From the NCBI GenBank assembly GCA_963786955.1, contig CAWBAT010000009.1, positions 224,001 through 288,000 on the forward strand: 64,000 nt of DNA, written 5' to 3'. This DNA is from an uncultured Acidimicrobiia bacterium. GTDB taxonomy: Bacteria > Acidobacteriota > Terriglobia > Versatilivoradales > Versatilivoraceae. Shown piece by piece: positions 27,307-36,869 of this stretch (the first letter of the stretch is position 1; every line of letters starts with the position of its first letter). Below the pieces are notes generated by a model, which ran no database searches, was not told the DNA's origin, and worked only from the letters and a program-made list of their open reading frames with translations. The position numbers and the translations under genes were made by a program.

Positions 27307-28728
27307 TCATTGAACCTCTTCGAAGACCGCCGGCACTTTGCCCTGCCGGACCGCGCGTTCGAGGGCTGCATGGTCGCTCTCGTTCTGATCGGCGTAGGCC
27401 AGCGAAAAAGACGCGATGGCCCGGTCGAAGGCGTTGCTTTTACCCATGTACCCGCTGAGCAGAGCGGAACTCCCGGACCGGGCGTGGGAAATGGCGAGGG
27501 CCCTTCCGCACCAGGTGGCATAGAGATCCATCTCGGAGAGACCAAACGTCTCCACGCGGATACTGATCTTGATGTCCCTCAACTGGCGGATGAAGAGATG
27601 GTGATTGACGAGCTGGCCCACGCTCCACCCGAGGAACATGTCGCTGGCGGGTTGCATGAGCCGGTAACCGTTCACAACTCGCTCGCCATGGTTCGAAAAG
27701 ACACTCGCACCGGCATAGGGCTCGAGCACCGAGGCACGCGCCTCCTTCACCTGGAGGAAGAGCGGGTCGTCCTGGCCGGCCATGAAGAGCATGACCCAGC
27801 AGTAGGTCCCGACGCTGCCGATCCCCACCACCTTGATGGCGGCGTCTCGCAGCTCGTAGCGGTCCAGCACAGATTGATAGGCTGGGAGGAGATTGGCACG
27901 GTACGCGGCGAGCATATCGAACAATGCCTGCTGAATCTGACCCGGAGGATAGGCCTCATGGTGGAAGATGGTGGGGAGCTGATCCTTGATGACGGGCATT
28001 TCTCCCTTGTGCTCCGCCAGCTTCGGGAAGATATCCTCGGCAATGCTCTTCGCCCGTTCCTTCTGCAGGCGCTTAATGCCCCGCTTGCGAAGCTCGGGGT
28101 CCTTGATGCCCGCCACCAACTCGTCTACCCCCATCGATTGGTACCACAGTTCGAGGGTCTTCATCTGGCTGAACTCGGCCATGGCTTCGCGGTAGGTGCG
28201 GACGCAGGTCATGACCACGTCCTTGGCCTGGCCATCCTTCAGGCCGTTGTCCCGGCAGGCCACGACGAAGCTAGCGGCGAGACGCTTGACGTCCCACTCC
28301 CAGGGAGCCGGCAAGGTCTCGTCAAGGTCGTTGATGGAGAAAATGACTCTCCGCTCCGGAGTGGCAAATCCGCCGAAATTACACAGGTGTGCATCTCCGC
28401 AGCACTGGACGCGAACACCCGAGGCCGGGGTGGACGCGAGGTCCGAGGCCATGGTGAGGGCCGCCCCGCGGTAAAACGTGAACGCAGAGCGGACCATGCG
28501 CCCGTGGCGGAGGGGGAGAAGGTCAGGTAGACGTCCCTTCTCCGACTCCAGAACCAGCTCGACCGGGTCCCGCCGGTCAGATGGAGCCTTCCAAACGGCG
28601 TGGGCACTGCGGGGGCAGGTCGCCCGTAAGGCCTTGCCCGCGGCATATTGCTCCGCCCGCAGCCCAGACTGGACAGGAATCTGGGCTCGCTTATCACCTG
28701 GTCGGACTGGCTTTTTCGAAGATGCCAT
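27307..28728 (-). CDS. DUF2252 family protein
   Basis: RHGRM..SAFTFYRG, CGDAHLCNFG, NDLDET.PAPWEWDVKRL and KVVGIGSVGT. Confidence 0.9.
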   Translation of the reverse strand: MASSKKPVRPGDKRAQIPVQSGLRAEQYAAGKALRATCPRSAHAVWKAPSDRRDPVELVLESEKGRLPDLLPLRHGRMVRSAFTFYRGAALTMASDLASTPASGVRVQCCGDAHLCNFGGFATPERRVIFSINDLDETLPAPWEWDVKRLAASFVVACRDNGLKDGQAKDVVMTCVRTYREAMAEFSQMKTLELWYQSMGVDELVAGIKDPELRKRGIKRLQKERAKSIAEDIFPKLAEHKGEMPVIKDQLPTIFHHEAYPPGQIQQALFDMLAAYRANLLPAYQSVLDRYELRDAAIKVVGIGSVGTYCWVMLFMAGQDDPLFLQVKEARASVLEPYAGASVFSNHGERVVNGYRLMQPASDMFLGWSVGQLVNHHLFIRQLRDIKISIRVETFGLSEMDLYATWCGRALAISHARSGSSALLSGYMGKSNAFDRAIASFSLAYADQNESDHAALERAVRQGKVPAVFEEVQ

Positions 28729-28734
28729 TGTATT

Positions 28735-28871
28735 CTCCTCTGAAAATCCCCCCTTGAGGGGGGCAGCAGGCGTAGTAAGCCTGCGGGGGGTGCCGCTTTC
28801 GGTGGGTGCTGTCTTGTCGACAATGTGGACATCCCCCTGCCCCCTTCAAAGGGGGAATCGGTTATTTTCAT
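28735..28871. repeat. Shell element (CCCCC..GGGGG palindromes) whose end forms the DUF2252 RBS
   Basis: Minus strand ATGAAAATAACCGATTCCCCC...GGGGGGATTTTCAGAGGAGAATACA-ATG. Confidence 0.7.
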
Positions 28872-28988
28872 CCAATGTGGCGCCGCAACGCGGCATGAAA
28901 AACTCCTTGGTCGATTCTCCATCGGACCTGCGTGATGGTGGCTTCTTGCACATCAGGCCCTGCTGCGAGCTGTTGGTTGCGTCACCAT

Positions 28989-30725
28989 TCATTTCAATTC
29001 AGCCAGAGAGCGCATCGCGCGTGACAGCATGCCGCCGGAGATGTTTTTGGCTTTGAACCCGTTCTGCAACAGGATGCGCGTCGCGTAGTAGGCGCGCTGG
29101 GCGGAACGGCAGATGACGTGGATCTCGCGGTCGCGGGGAAGCTCGCCCAGGCGCGCGCGGAGCTGCGGCAGCGGGATGTTGACCGCGCCCGGCACGCTCT
29201 CCACGACCAGCTCCACCGGCTCGCGCACGTCGAGCAGGAACGCGCCGTCCAGCGAATCCCAATGACTGAGCGGCATGTCGCCGCGCAGAACATCCGCGGC
29301 CACCATCCCGGCGAAGTTGACCGGATCCTTGGCGCTGCCGAACTGCGGCGCGTAGCACAGCTCGGCTTCTTCCAGATCGTAGATCGTCGCGCCCATCTGG
29401 ATGGCCATGGCCAGGGCGCTGATCCGCTTGTCCACCGCCGGGCCGTCCTCGCCCAGCGCCTGCGCGCCGAGAACTGTCCGTTGGATTTCCGGAAGATGAA
29501 CTTCAACCCGAGCATCTTGGCCCCCGGGTAATAGCCGGCGTGCGAGTTGGGGAACAGGTAGATCTTCTCGTAGTCCGTGTCGCCGAGTTTCTTGCAGCGT
29601 TTTCTCGCTGACGCCGGTCCAGGCGGCGGCGCCGCCGAACAGCCCGATGATCGCGGTGCCCTGGGTGCCGCGGTAACGGGAGTCGCGCCCGCAGATCACG
29701 TCGGCCGCAATCCGCCCCTGCCGGTTCGCCGGCCCGGCCAGCGCAACCAGGCTCCACTGGCCGGTCCCGAAGTCCTTGACCTCGATGGCATCGCCGACGG
29801 CGAAGATATCCGGGTCGCTCGTGCGCATGTGTTCGTCAACGCGGATGCCGCCGCGTTCGCCGATCGTCGAGGCCGGCCGACTTGGCCAGCGTCGTGTCCG
29901 GCCGCACGCCGATCGCGAGGATCACGATGTCGGCCGGATACGTCTTGCCGGACTTCGTCTGCACCTCGATCGCGCCGCCGTCCAACTGCTTGAAGCCGGC
30001 CACCCCGTCGTTGAGCGCCAGCCTGGACGCCATGCTTCTTCATGTGGCCCTGGACGAGGCACGCGATCTCCGGGTCCAGCGGGGCCAGGACGTGGTCGAG
30101 GCTTCTGGATGAGGGTCACGTCGAACCCGAGGTGGACGAGGTTCTCCGCCGTCTCGAGGCCGATGAAGCCGCCGCCGACGACCACCGCGCGGCGTCACCG
30201 GCTTGACCAACTGGATCCCCGAGTAGTTGAACATCCCCGCGAGGAACGTGGTGCCTCTTCTCGATCCACTCGCGGATCGTCCTCGCGTCCGGCACGGTCC
30301 GCACATGGAAAATCCCCGGCAGATCGATGCCCGGCAGCGGCGGATGGACCGAGGGCGCGCCCGGCGACAGCACGAGCTTGTCGTAGGACTCGGTCGTGAC
30401 CTCGCCGGTCTTGACATTGCGCAGGTCCACGGTCTTCTTCTTCGGTCAGATCGCGATCGCCTCGCAGTTCGTCCGCACATCGATCGCGAACATGGTCGCG
30501 AAACAGCTGCTCGTTCGCGACCAGGAGGCTCGATTCCTTCTCGATCACGCCGCCGACATGGTAAGGCAGCCCGCAGTTCGCGTACGAGACGTACGGGCCC
30601 GCGCTCCACCATGAGGATTTCGGCTTTCTCGTCCAACCGGCGCAGACGCGCCGCACACGACGCACCGCCGGCCACTCCGCCAACGATAATGACTTTCTTT
30701 CTGCGCTCTTGCCTTTGGGTTCCAT
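28989..30725 (-). pseudogene. CoA-disulfide reductase-rhodanese fusion (CoADR-RHD/persulfide reductase-like), broken by about 10 indels
   Basis: Pieces in successive frames: VIIVGGVAGGASCAAR, VSYANCGLPY, VVVGGGFIGLE, TSDPDIFAVGD, ALAGPANRQG, LCYAPQFG and rhodanese CRSAQRAY. May be a sequencing artefact. Confidence 0.85.
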
Positions 30726-30757
30726 AATCATTGCCCCTTTTTCATATCTTTGTCATG

Positions 30758-31117
30758 TTATATATGCATTGCGGAGCCGCGCAATTTACGCAGGAACTCA
30801 ATACCGGAATTACCCGTCAGGGAGCCAATCATGACCCGGGGTTCTTCGTCGCACAGATCCATGGCGGCGAGTACACGCTGGAATTCCTCCGATCGAATAT
30901 GACGGCGAAAAGCCTTCTCTGAATCCCACATTTCCTGGTAGTCAATGCAACTATCGCCCCCCACGCACCTTCCCACCCGACAGCTACGACACCCCGGCTT
31001 CACCTCGATTTGCCCGACTACTGAAAATAGCAGTTGGGCGGCAACATCCAACTTTTCTGGCGAGTAATGCATGATGATCGAACACATCTTTAAGTTTAGA
31101 GATTCGTTCGTACCCAT
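30758..31117 (-). CDS. Antibiotic biosynthesis monooxygenase (ABM)-like protein
   Basis: KPGCRSC, EMWDSEKAFRRHIRSEEF; start uncertain. Confidence 0.65.
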   Translation of the reverse strand: MGTNESLNLKMCSIIMHYSPEKLDVAAQLLFSVVGQIEVKPGCRSCRVGRCVGGDSCIDYQEMWDSEKAFRRHIRSEEFQRVLAAMDLCDEEPRVMIGSLTGNSGIEFLRKLRGSAMHI

Positions 31118-31325
31118 GTCCGTCTCTAGTGCATTATCCATGCCACCTTGTGAAGACAATGCGGAATGAGCCGTAAACGTTTCTTTGTGAACAGTTTGCA
31201 ATGACGCCCTACAAATGAACAACAGACGTGGCCACAGCTGAAACGGCGATATGCCGTTAATATGACGAAATATCGTCGCTCGGATTGAGTTGAAGGAGAC
31301 TTGGAAAAGTAGAAGGGATTCCCCT

Positions 31326-31587
31326 GGGAGCGCGGGCGTCCCGCCCGCAGTGGCGGCCTTTTAGGCCGCTTGGGAGCGGGCGAGGACGCCTGCACCACAA
31401 GATTGTGGTGCGGGCCTCCGGCCTGCACAAATGTTCAAACTCTAGAGCCGGAGTCATCGACCCAGACCGGCCTCGCCGAGGGATGAAAATGTGGGAGGGG
31501 CTCTCCGAGCCGCGACCTGGGTGGCATCAACTTAAACGGTCGCCTGTCGGAGACGGCCTCCCACTTTGATAGTTATTTTCAGAGGAG
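31326..31587. repeat. Cluster of REP-like palindromes plus a plus-strand shell element
   Basis: GGGAGCGCGGGCGTCCCGCCCGC and GTGGTGCAGGCGTCC.. units (also at about 45948). 31483-31587 is ATGAAAA-[GTGGGAGG..CCTCCCAC doublet]-TTTTCAGAGGAG. Confidence 0.7.
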
Positions 31588-31593
31588 AGGAGT

Positions 31594-33197
31594 TTAGCGG
31601 GAATTCGGACGGGATATGCCCAGCTTCTTCATCCGGGAATGGAGCGTGGTGGGAATAACTCCCAGGATTTCGGCGGCACCCTGCTTGCCCCTGATCCGCC
31701 AGTGCACACGTTCGAGCACGTCGCAGATGTGTTTTCGCTCCACTTCCTCTAACGTCAGGGGCGGAGACTGCGGGCCAGATTCAACAGTCGGCAGCTCGAT
31801 CTTCAGCGAGCGGCCTGTGCTCGTAATCATTGCCCGTTCGATTTGATTCCGCAGTTCGCGAACATTGCCCGGCCAGGAATAATCTTTGAGCTGTTCCATG
31901 ACCTGCCTAGGAATCGATTCTATCGACTTTCCCATCTTCTTGTTGAACTCCTGCACAAATCTCCAGACCAGGAGCGGGATGTCCGGAACTCTTGAACGCA
32001 GTGGGGGAACATCGATCGGAAAGACATTCAGGCGATGGAACAGATCCTCCCTGAACTGGCCGCTTCTGACCATTGCTGCCAGATCGTGGTTCGTGGCGGC
32101 AATTACGCGGACGTCTACCGTCAGTGTACGGGGACTTCCCAGCCGCTCAAACCGTCCGTCCTGCAGCACTCGCAACAGCTTCGTCTGGAGATCGAGGGGA
32201 AGGTCCCCAATCTCGTCGAGGAACAGTGTCGAGCCATCTGCTAATTCAAAGCGGCCAATCTGTTTGGTCATGGCCCCGGTATAGGCGCCCTTCTCCCGCC
32301 CAAAGAGCTCGCTTTCGATCAGCGGTGCAGGCAGGGCGGCGCAGTTAACGATCACCATCGTTTTGGCCTTTCGGTGACTCATGTCGTGAATCGCTTGCGC
32401 GAGCAACTCCTTGCCCGTGCCCGTCTCGCCGGTTATGAGCACAACCGAATCCGCCGGTGCCACCTGCTTCGCTTTGGCGAACATGCGCCGAATGGGCTCA
32501 CTATCTCCCACAATACTCTCTTGCCCATCGTCCCGTCGGAGCTGCTTGCGCAAATAAACGTTCTCCACCTGCAACTGGTCTCGGAGGCGCTGCACTTCTT
32601 CCAACGTCTGACGGAGATGCTGCTCGCTTTCGCGCAAGGCCTCATCATTGAGCCTGCGGGCGAGGGCGTTGGCGAATATCTGGGCAATCAGCTGCAACCT
32701 GGTGACGAGCTCTGGTGACCAGTCCCGCTCTTCGCGGGTAACATCGAAATTCAGCACGCCAAACATCGGTCCCCCCCCGTGGACATGGGAATGGACACGA
32801 CCGATTTAACGCCGACTTGGCGCGCATTCTCTACGTCCTGCGCGGCTTCGGGGGGAGCATCCGCAAAGCGGGATAAGATAAGGGGCTCGCCTCTGAGGAA
32901 TTTCTTCAGTGCCCACGGAAAGCTCTCCTTGATGTCCCAGACCTCTGGCAAAGGTGGAAGACCCGGGGACAGATGGTAATGGGTCAGGAATATCGAGCCC
33001 GAACGGTCCGGGGACTGTTGCCAGAGTGAGCAGATATCCAGGTCCAGGCATTCACAGACCTGTCGTTGGGCATCCACGATTGCGTTATCCACTTGGCTCG
33101 TGGGCAGGTTAATGAAGCGGGCAGAGATATCGGTCAGGAGCATCTCAAAGCGTAACCGCTCCTCATACTCTCGCCTGTTGAGAGAATCAACCTTCAT
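31594..33197 (-). CDS. GAF-domain sigma54-dependent activator (FhlA/NifA-like), split by a frameshift in a G8 tract
   Basis: GETGTGKE, ESELFG, GAYTGA, FLDEIG, WPGNVREL and a C-terminal HTH. Adding one G at 32771-32778 joins 32751-33287 to 31594-32766 (STGGGPMFGVL). Confidence 0.88.
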
Positions 33198-33446
33198 GGA
33201 CAAGACGTGTTCCTTTGGGGTGATGAGCCTTTGAAGCTCAGTTTTCGATACCCGACATTTCCGGTCCGTTCCGGGCTCTGTGTTCAAGCCCTAAAGGACT
33301 TTAGACACACCGCCATTCGTTTAGCTTATACCAACTGAGCCAGTTGACCCAAGAAAATGGCCTCCGCTTGATGAAAGCAATCCCAAGGGCGCGATCGTTC
33401 CAACGAGCGCCTTTCAATGGGGCACCGAATTCAGTACAATCAGTCC

Positions 33447-33956
33447 ATGAAGGAACTGGCGGAGTTGCTCAATGAGATGCAGAAGTTGGGCGTGATCCTG
33501 AATTATGCCCTCTTTGGGGCCGTAGCCCAGATGCGGTATACGGAGCCGGTGGCTACGCTGGATGCGGATGTGCTCGTGGCGCTGCCCTCGATGGACCGGC
33601 TTGATGTGCTGAGTGGCATTTACGAGTTCTGCGCGGCACGGGGATGGAAGGCGGAGGGAGAGGCCATTCTTGTCGGTGCGTGGCCAGCGCAATTCGTGCC
33701 TGCGTACAGCCCTCTAACCCAGGAGGCAATGGAGCAGGCTGAGACAGCCGACTTTGAAGGCGTGCCGTTCCGCGTTGTCCGGGCGGACCACCTGGCCGTG
33801 ATCGCCCTCAGCGTCGGGCGCGCCAAGGACCTCACTCGTATTCTGGCGCTGCTTGAATCAGGTAGTGTCAACCGGAAAGGAATCGGGCGCCTGGCTGTGC
33901 GGCACGGCTTGGCGGAAGAATGGCAGCGTTTTGAGAAGAGGTTCCTGAATGAGTGA
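33447..33956 (+). CDS. Nucleotidyltransferase-like protein (putative toxin; probably leaderless)
   Basis: YALFGAVA...YTEPVATLDAD and GRAKD motifs. TACAAT lies 6 nt before the ATG at 33447. Confidence 0.6.
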   Translation: MKELAELLNEMQKLGVILNYALFGAVAQMRYTEPVATLDADVLVALPSMDRLDVLSGIYEFCAARGWKAEGEAILVGAWPAQFVPAYSPLTQEAMEQAETADFEGVPFRVVRADHLAVIALSVGRAKDLTRILALLESGSVNRKGIGRLAVRHGLAEEWQRFEKRFLNE

Positions 33957-34137
33957 TATCCAAGAAATGCTGGAGAGACAGGCGCAGTGGCAGAAGGGTC
34001 GCAAGGCCCTGACTTGGCCGGAGAAGATTCGCATGGCGGAACGGATCCGCGAAAGCGTCCGGCAATTGCGCGCAGGGTTCAGCCATGAGGTTTCGGGAGC
34101 CGTGAGTCGCCTAGGCAAGCAGAGCGACTTGAAATGA
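33949..34137 (+). CDS. Small protein overlapping the NTase gene (putative partner or antitoxin)
   Basis: 62 aa, 8-nt overlap; LTWPEKIRMAERIRE. Confidence 0.5.
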   Translation: MSDIQEMLERQAQWQKGRKALTWPEKIRMAERIRESVRQLRAGFSHEVSGAVSRLGKQSDLK

Positions 34138-34184
34138 TCATACCGCAGCCTTGCTCGTGAAGCACAGGGGCGGTCGCGAGGCCA

Positions 34185-34270
34185 CCGGCATCTCGAAGCA
34201 TAACCGCTCGTCATCTTCTCGCCTGTCGAGAGGATCATCCTTCATGGACAAGATGTACTCCTCGGAGGTT
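34185..34270 (-). pseudogene. Remnant duplicate of the sigma54 activator 5' end
   Basis: MKDDPLDRREDDERLCFEM versus MKVDSLNRREYEERLRFEM; the upstream TCTTGTCC-ATG context is shared. Confidence 0.7.
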
Positions 34271-34340
34271 AATGGTTCCGGCGCGACCCTGCGCTTGCCC
34301 GCATGAATCCCTAAATACAGCGTTTCAGAAATGCGATAGC

Positions 34341-34370
34341 GTTAACGCCGGGTCGGTGACCCGGCCTACA
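34341..34370. repeat. GTAG-type REP
   Basis: Exact reverse complement of 42434-42463 (TGTAGGCCGGGTCACCGACCCGGCGTTAAC). Confidence 0.8.
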
Positions 34371-34394
34371 CCTCAAGTTTGTCAGTTGGGTTCA

Positions 34395-35654
34395 TTATGG
34401 AGACGTGGGCTCAATTTTCTCCAAAGCCAAGATTCTTTCCATGACCGTCGGATGGGAATAATAGAAAGAACTGTAGAGGGGATGTGGCGTCAGGTTGGAA
34501 AGATTATCCGCGGTCAGTTTAACCAGACTCTGAATCATGGGCTGGCGGTCTTCTACAGCCTGCACGGCGAAACGGTCCGCCTCATATTCATGTTTCCGTG
34601 AAAGCCATGAACTCAGCGGAGAAAGAAAGAACCCGAACGATCCGGCTGTTTTCATGAAAACAAAAAGCGCGGCATAGGAAGAAGGGTGGGCAAACTTGAA
34701 TGCGGAACAGAACCAAGGTTGTGGAAGCATTCTCGATAAGATAAAGAGACCCGCCAGCGACGTGAGTCCGCTCAACACGAGAGAGGTTCGGATATGCTTC
34801 TTGACGCTATGTCCTATTTCATGGGCGAGTACCGAAATCAGTTCTTTCTCTGCGAGTAAACTAACCAGCGTGTCAAACAGGATGATGCGGCGAAATTTCC
34901 CGATTCCTGCAAAAAAGGCATTAGAGTGGGTTGATCTTTTTGATCCATCCATCGTAGAAATTCCAGAGATTTTGAAATCCACCTTTTTTGTCAGCGTGAC
35001 GATCTCGTGTCGAAGACTCCCTTCTGGAAGAGGTGTGAGACGGTTGAATAACGGCACAATGACAACCGGAAAGATCGCCTGAATGAGAAGCTGTATCACG
35101 ACCAGCAAGCCCCATACCCAGATCCACCAAGCTTGCTCCAGGAAATGATCCATCAGCCAGAGAACGCCAGCCAGGACAGGAGCGCCAATCAAAACCGACA
35201 AGGATATCCCCTTTACCAGATCCATCGTCCAGGTTCTCCAATTCATCCGGTTGAATCCATATTTCTGTTCGATCCGGAAGGTTTCGTAAAGGCTGAATGG
35301 GAGCGAAATGACGAAGAAAAGACCCATCGTTAGGGCAAAAAAGAACAGCCCGGTCAGGATAGAACCGGCATGGAACGAGCGGACCCAGCCATCCACCCTC
35401 CCGAAAAAACCACTGAGAAGTAATCCCCAAAAAATAGGCACTTCAATCCAGCTGGAAATGATCCCAAACCAAGCTTTTTCCCGATTGTAAGCAATGCTTT
35501 TTTGATACTGCGTGGGTGTTATTTTCTCTCGAAAGTAAGCAGGCACTTGTTTCTCATGCCTTCGGATATGCTTCAGATTCAGCAAGGTCAGCCCAAAATC
35601 CACCACCCGTTCTGCAAAATAGAACACGGCAAATACGAACAGAAAAATATTCAT
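34395..35654 (-). CDS. M48 family metallopeptidase (Ste24/CAAX protease-like)
   Basis: DGSKRSTHSNAFF, AHEIGH, EYEAD and YSHP. Confidence 0.92.
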   Translation of the reverse strand: MNIFLFVFAVFYFAERVVDFGLTLLNLKHIRRHEKQVPAYFREKITPTQYQKSIAYNREKAWFGIISSWIEVPIFWGLLLSGFFGRVDGWVRSFHAGSILTGLFFFALTMGLFFVISLPFSLYETFRIEQKYGFNRMNWRTWTMDLVKGISLSVLIGAPVLAGVLWLMDHFLEQAWWIWVWGLLVVIQLLIQAIFPVVIVPLFNRLTPLPEGSLRHEIVTLTKKVDFKISGISTMDGSKRSTHSNAFFAGIGKFRRIILFDTLVSLLAEKELISVLAHEIGHSVKKHIRTSLVLSGLTSLAGLFILSRMLPQPWFCSAFKFAHPSSYAALFVFMKTAGSFGFFLSPLSSWLSRKHEYEADRFAVQAVEDRQPMIQSLVKLTADNLSNLTPHPLYSSFYYSHPTVMERILALEKIEPTSP

Positions 35655-35880
35655 GGCTGACCGAAAGAGTATTCAGCGGTGGGCATATGCCGATGAACCG
35701 GGTCTGCATCTTTGGCAAGATATTGACCCGATGTCTTGGATAATCATAACCTCATTCCCCTTATATTATGAAGCCCTACCCACCCGTTCTAAATTGAAGT
35801 TGGCTGGTTTTCGATCAAGGCATCCCGACTAAAGGCGGGCCACAAGCCATCGACAACAATTCATTCACATTGGGAACTAT

Positions 35881-36855
35881 TTACTTTTCCCTCTCGAGAA
35901 TGATCCGTGGAATGGAATGGAGCGCATCCCAATAGGCAGAAGGAGCAAACAAACGGAGGGCTTCCTGGGCTTCTCGTGCGAAGGATTCGGCAAGGCTGCG
36001 AGTCTTCGCCAGGGTCTGGTATTTCTGGATGAGGGAAATAATTTCCGAGCGAGTAACGCTCTTAAAATCCTTTTCCTGCAGAACGGTTTCAATCTTTCTG
36101 GCTTCGTCGGAGGTACAAACGTCCAGGACATAGATTAAGGGCAAAGTGATCTTGCCCTCTCTCAGGTCGCTCCCCACGGGTTTTCCGAGGATTTTTTCGG
36201 ACGAGCTGAAGTCCAGCATGTCATCCACGATCTGAAATGCCAGGCCGACGTTTAGTCCATAACGGGCTAAAGCCTCTTCCCTTTCCTTGTCTACTCTTCC
36301 GAGAATGGCTCCAATCCGGGCGCAACCAGCAAAAAGGTAAGCTGTCTTTCTTTTGGCAATGTCCAACACATCCGCTTCCGTAATCCGACGGTTCCCATTG
36401 AAGGTCAGCTGGATGAGCTCCCCTTCGACCATTCTCTGGGTGAGGTCAATCAAAGTATCCAATATCTGAAAGTTTCGTTGTTGCAAGGCAATATTAAAAG
36501 ACTGCATGTAAAACCAATCTCCCGCTAAAACGGTCACTTGATTTCCCCATCGGCTGTTGACACTGGAGCGTCCGCGACGCGTCTCGGCTCCGTCAATAAT
36601 GTCATCATGGACGAGTGTTGCGGCATGAATAAACTCAACGACGGCCGCCAGCTTGATGGCCGCATCGTTCACTTCGCCACAGAGTCGAGTACAGAGTAAG
36701 AGCATACTGGGCCGAATCCGCTTCCCACCGCTCTCCTGGAGATACTTGCCGATATCGGTAATGGTCCCGACAGAGCTTTCACACTGGCGGACCAGTTCCT
36801 TTTCGACTTCTCTTAATTCCTTCTTAACCAGTCCGAAAACCTGAATTGGGTCCAC
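35881..36855 (-). CDS. ispB: Polyprenyl diphosphate synthase (IspB-like)
   Basis: GGKRIRP, HDDIID..RRG and FQIVDDMLD. Confidence 0.9.
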   Translation of the reverse strand: MDPIQVFGLVKKELREVEKELVRQCESSVGTITDIGKYLQESGGKRIRPSMLLLCTRLCGEVNDAAIKLAAVVEFIHAATLVHDDIIDGAETRRGRSSVNSRWGNQVTVLAGDWFYMQSFNIALQQRNFQILDTLIDLTQRMVEGELIQLTFNGNRRITEADVLDIAKRKTAYLFAGCARIGAILGRVDKEREEALARYGLNVGLAFQIVDDMLDFSSSEKILGKPVGSDLREGKITLPLIYVLDVCTSDEARKIETVLQEKDFKSVTRSEIISLIQKYQTLAKTRSLAESFAREAQEALRLFAPSAYWDALHSIPRIILEREK

Positions 36856-36869
36856 GATAGTATTGGGGA

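Noticed and set aside
30446-30448. In-frame TGA in the CoADR gene as selenocysteine
   Set aside because: Not at a catalytic Cys position, no evident SECIS, and the region is full of indels.
7132-33197. Integron cassette array interpretation of the unidirectional region
   Set aside because: No integrase and no RYYYAAC/GTTRRRY attC boxes seen; genes are operon-like. The repeated motifs are reported separately.
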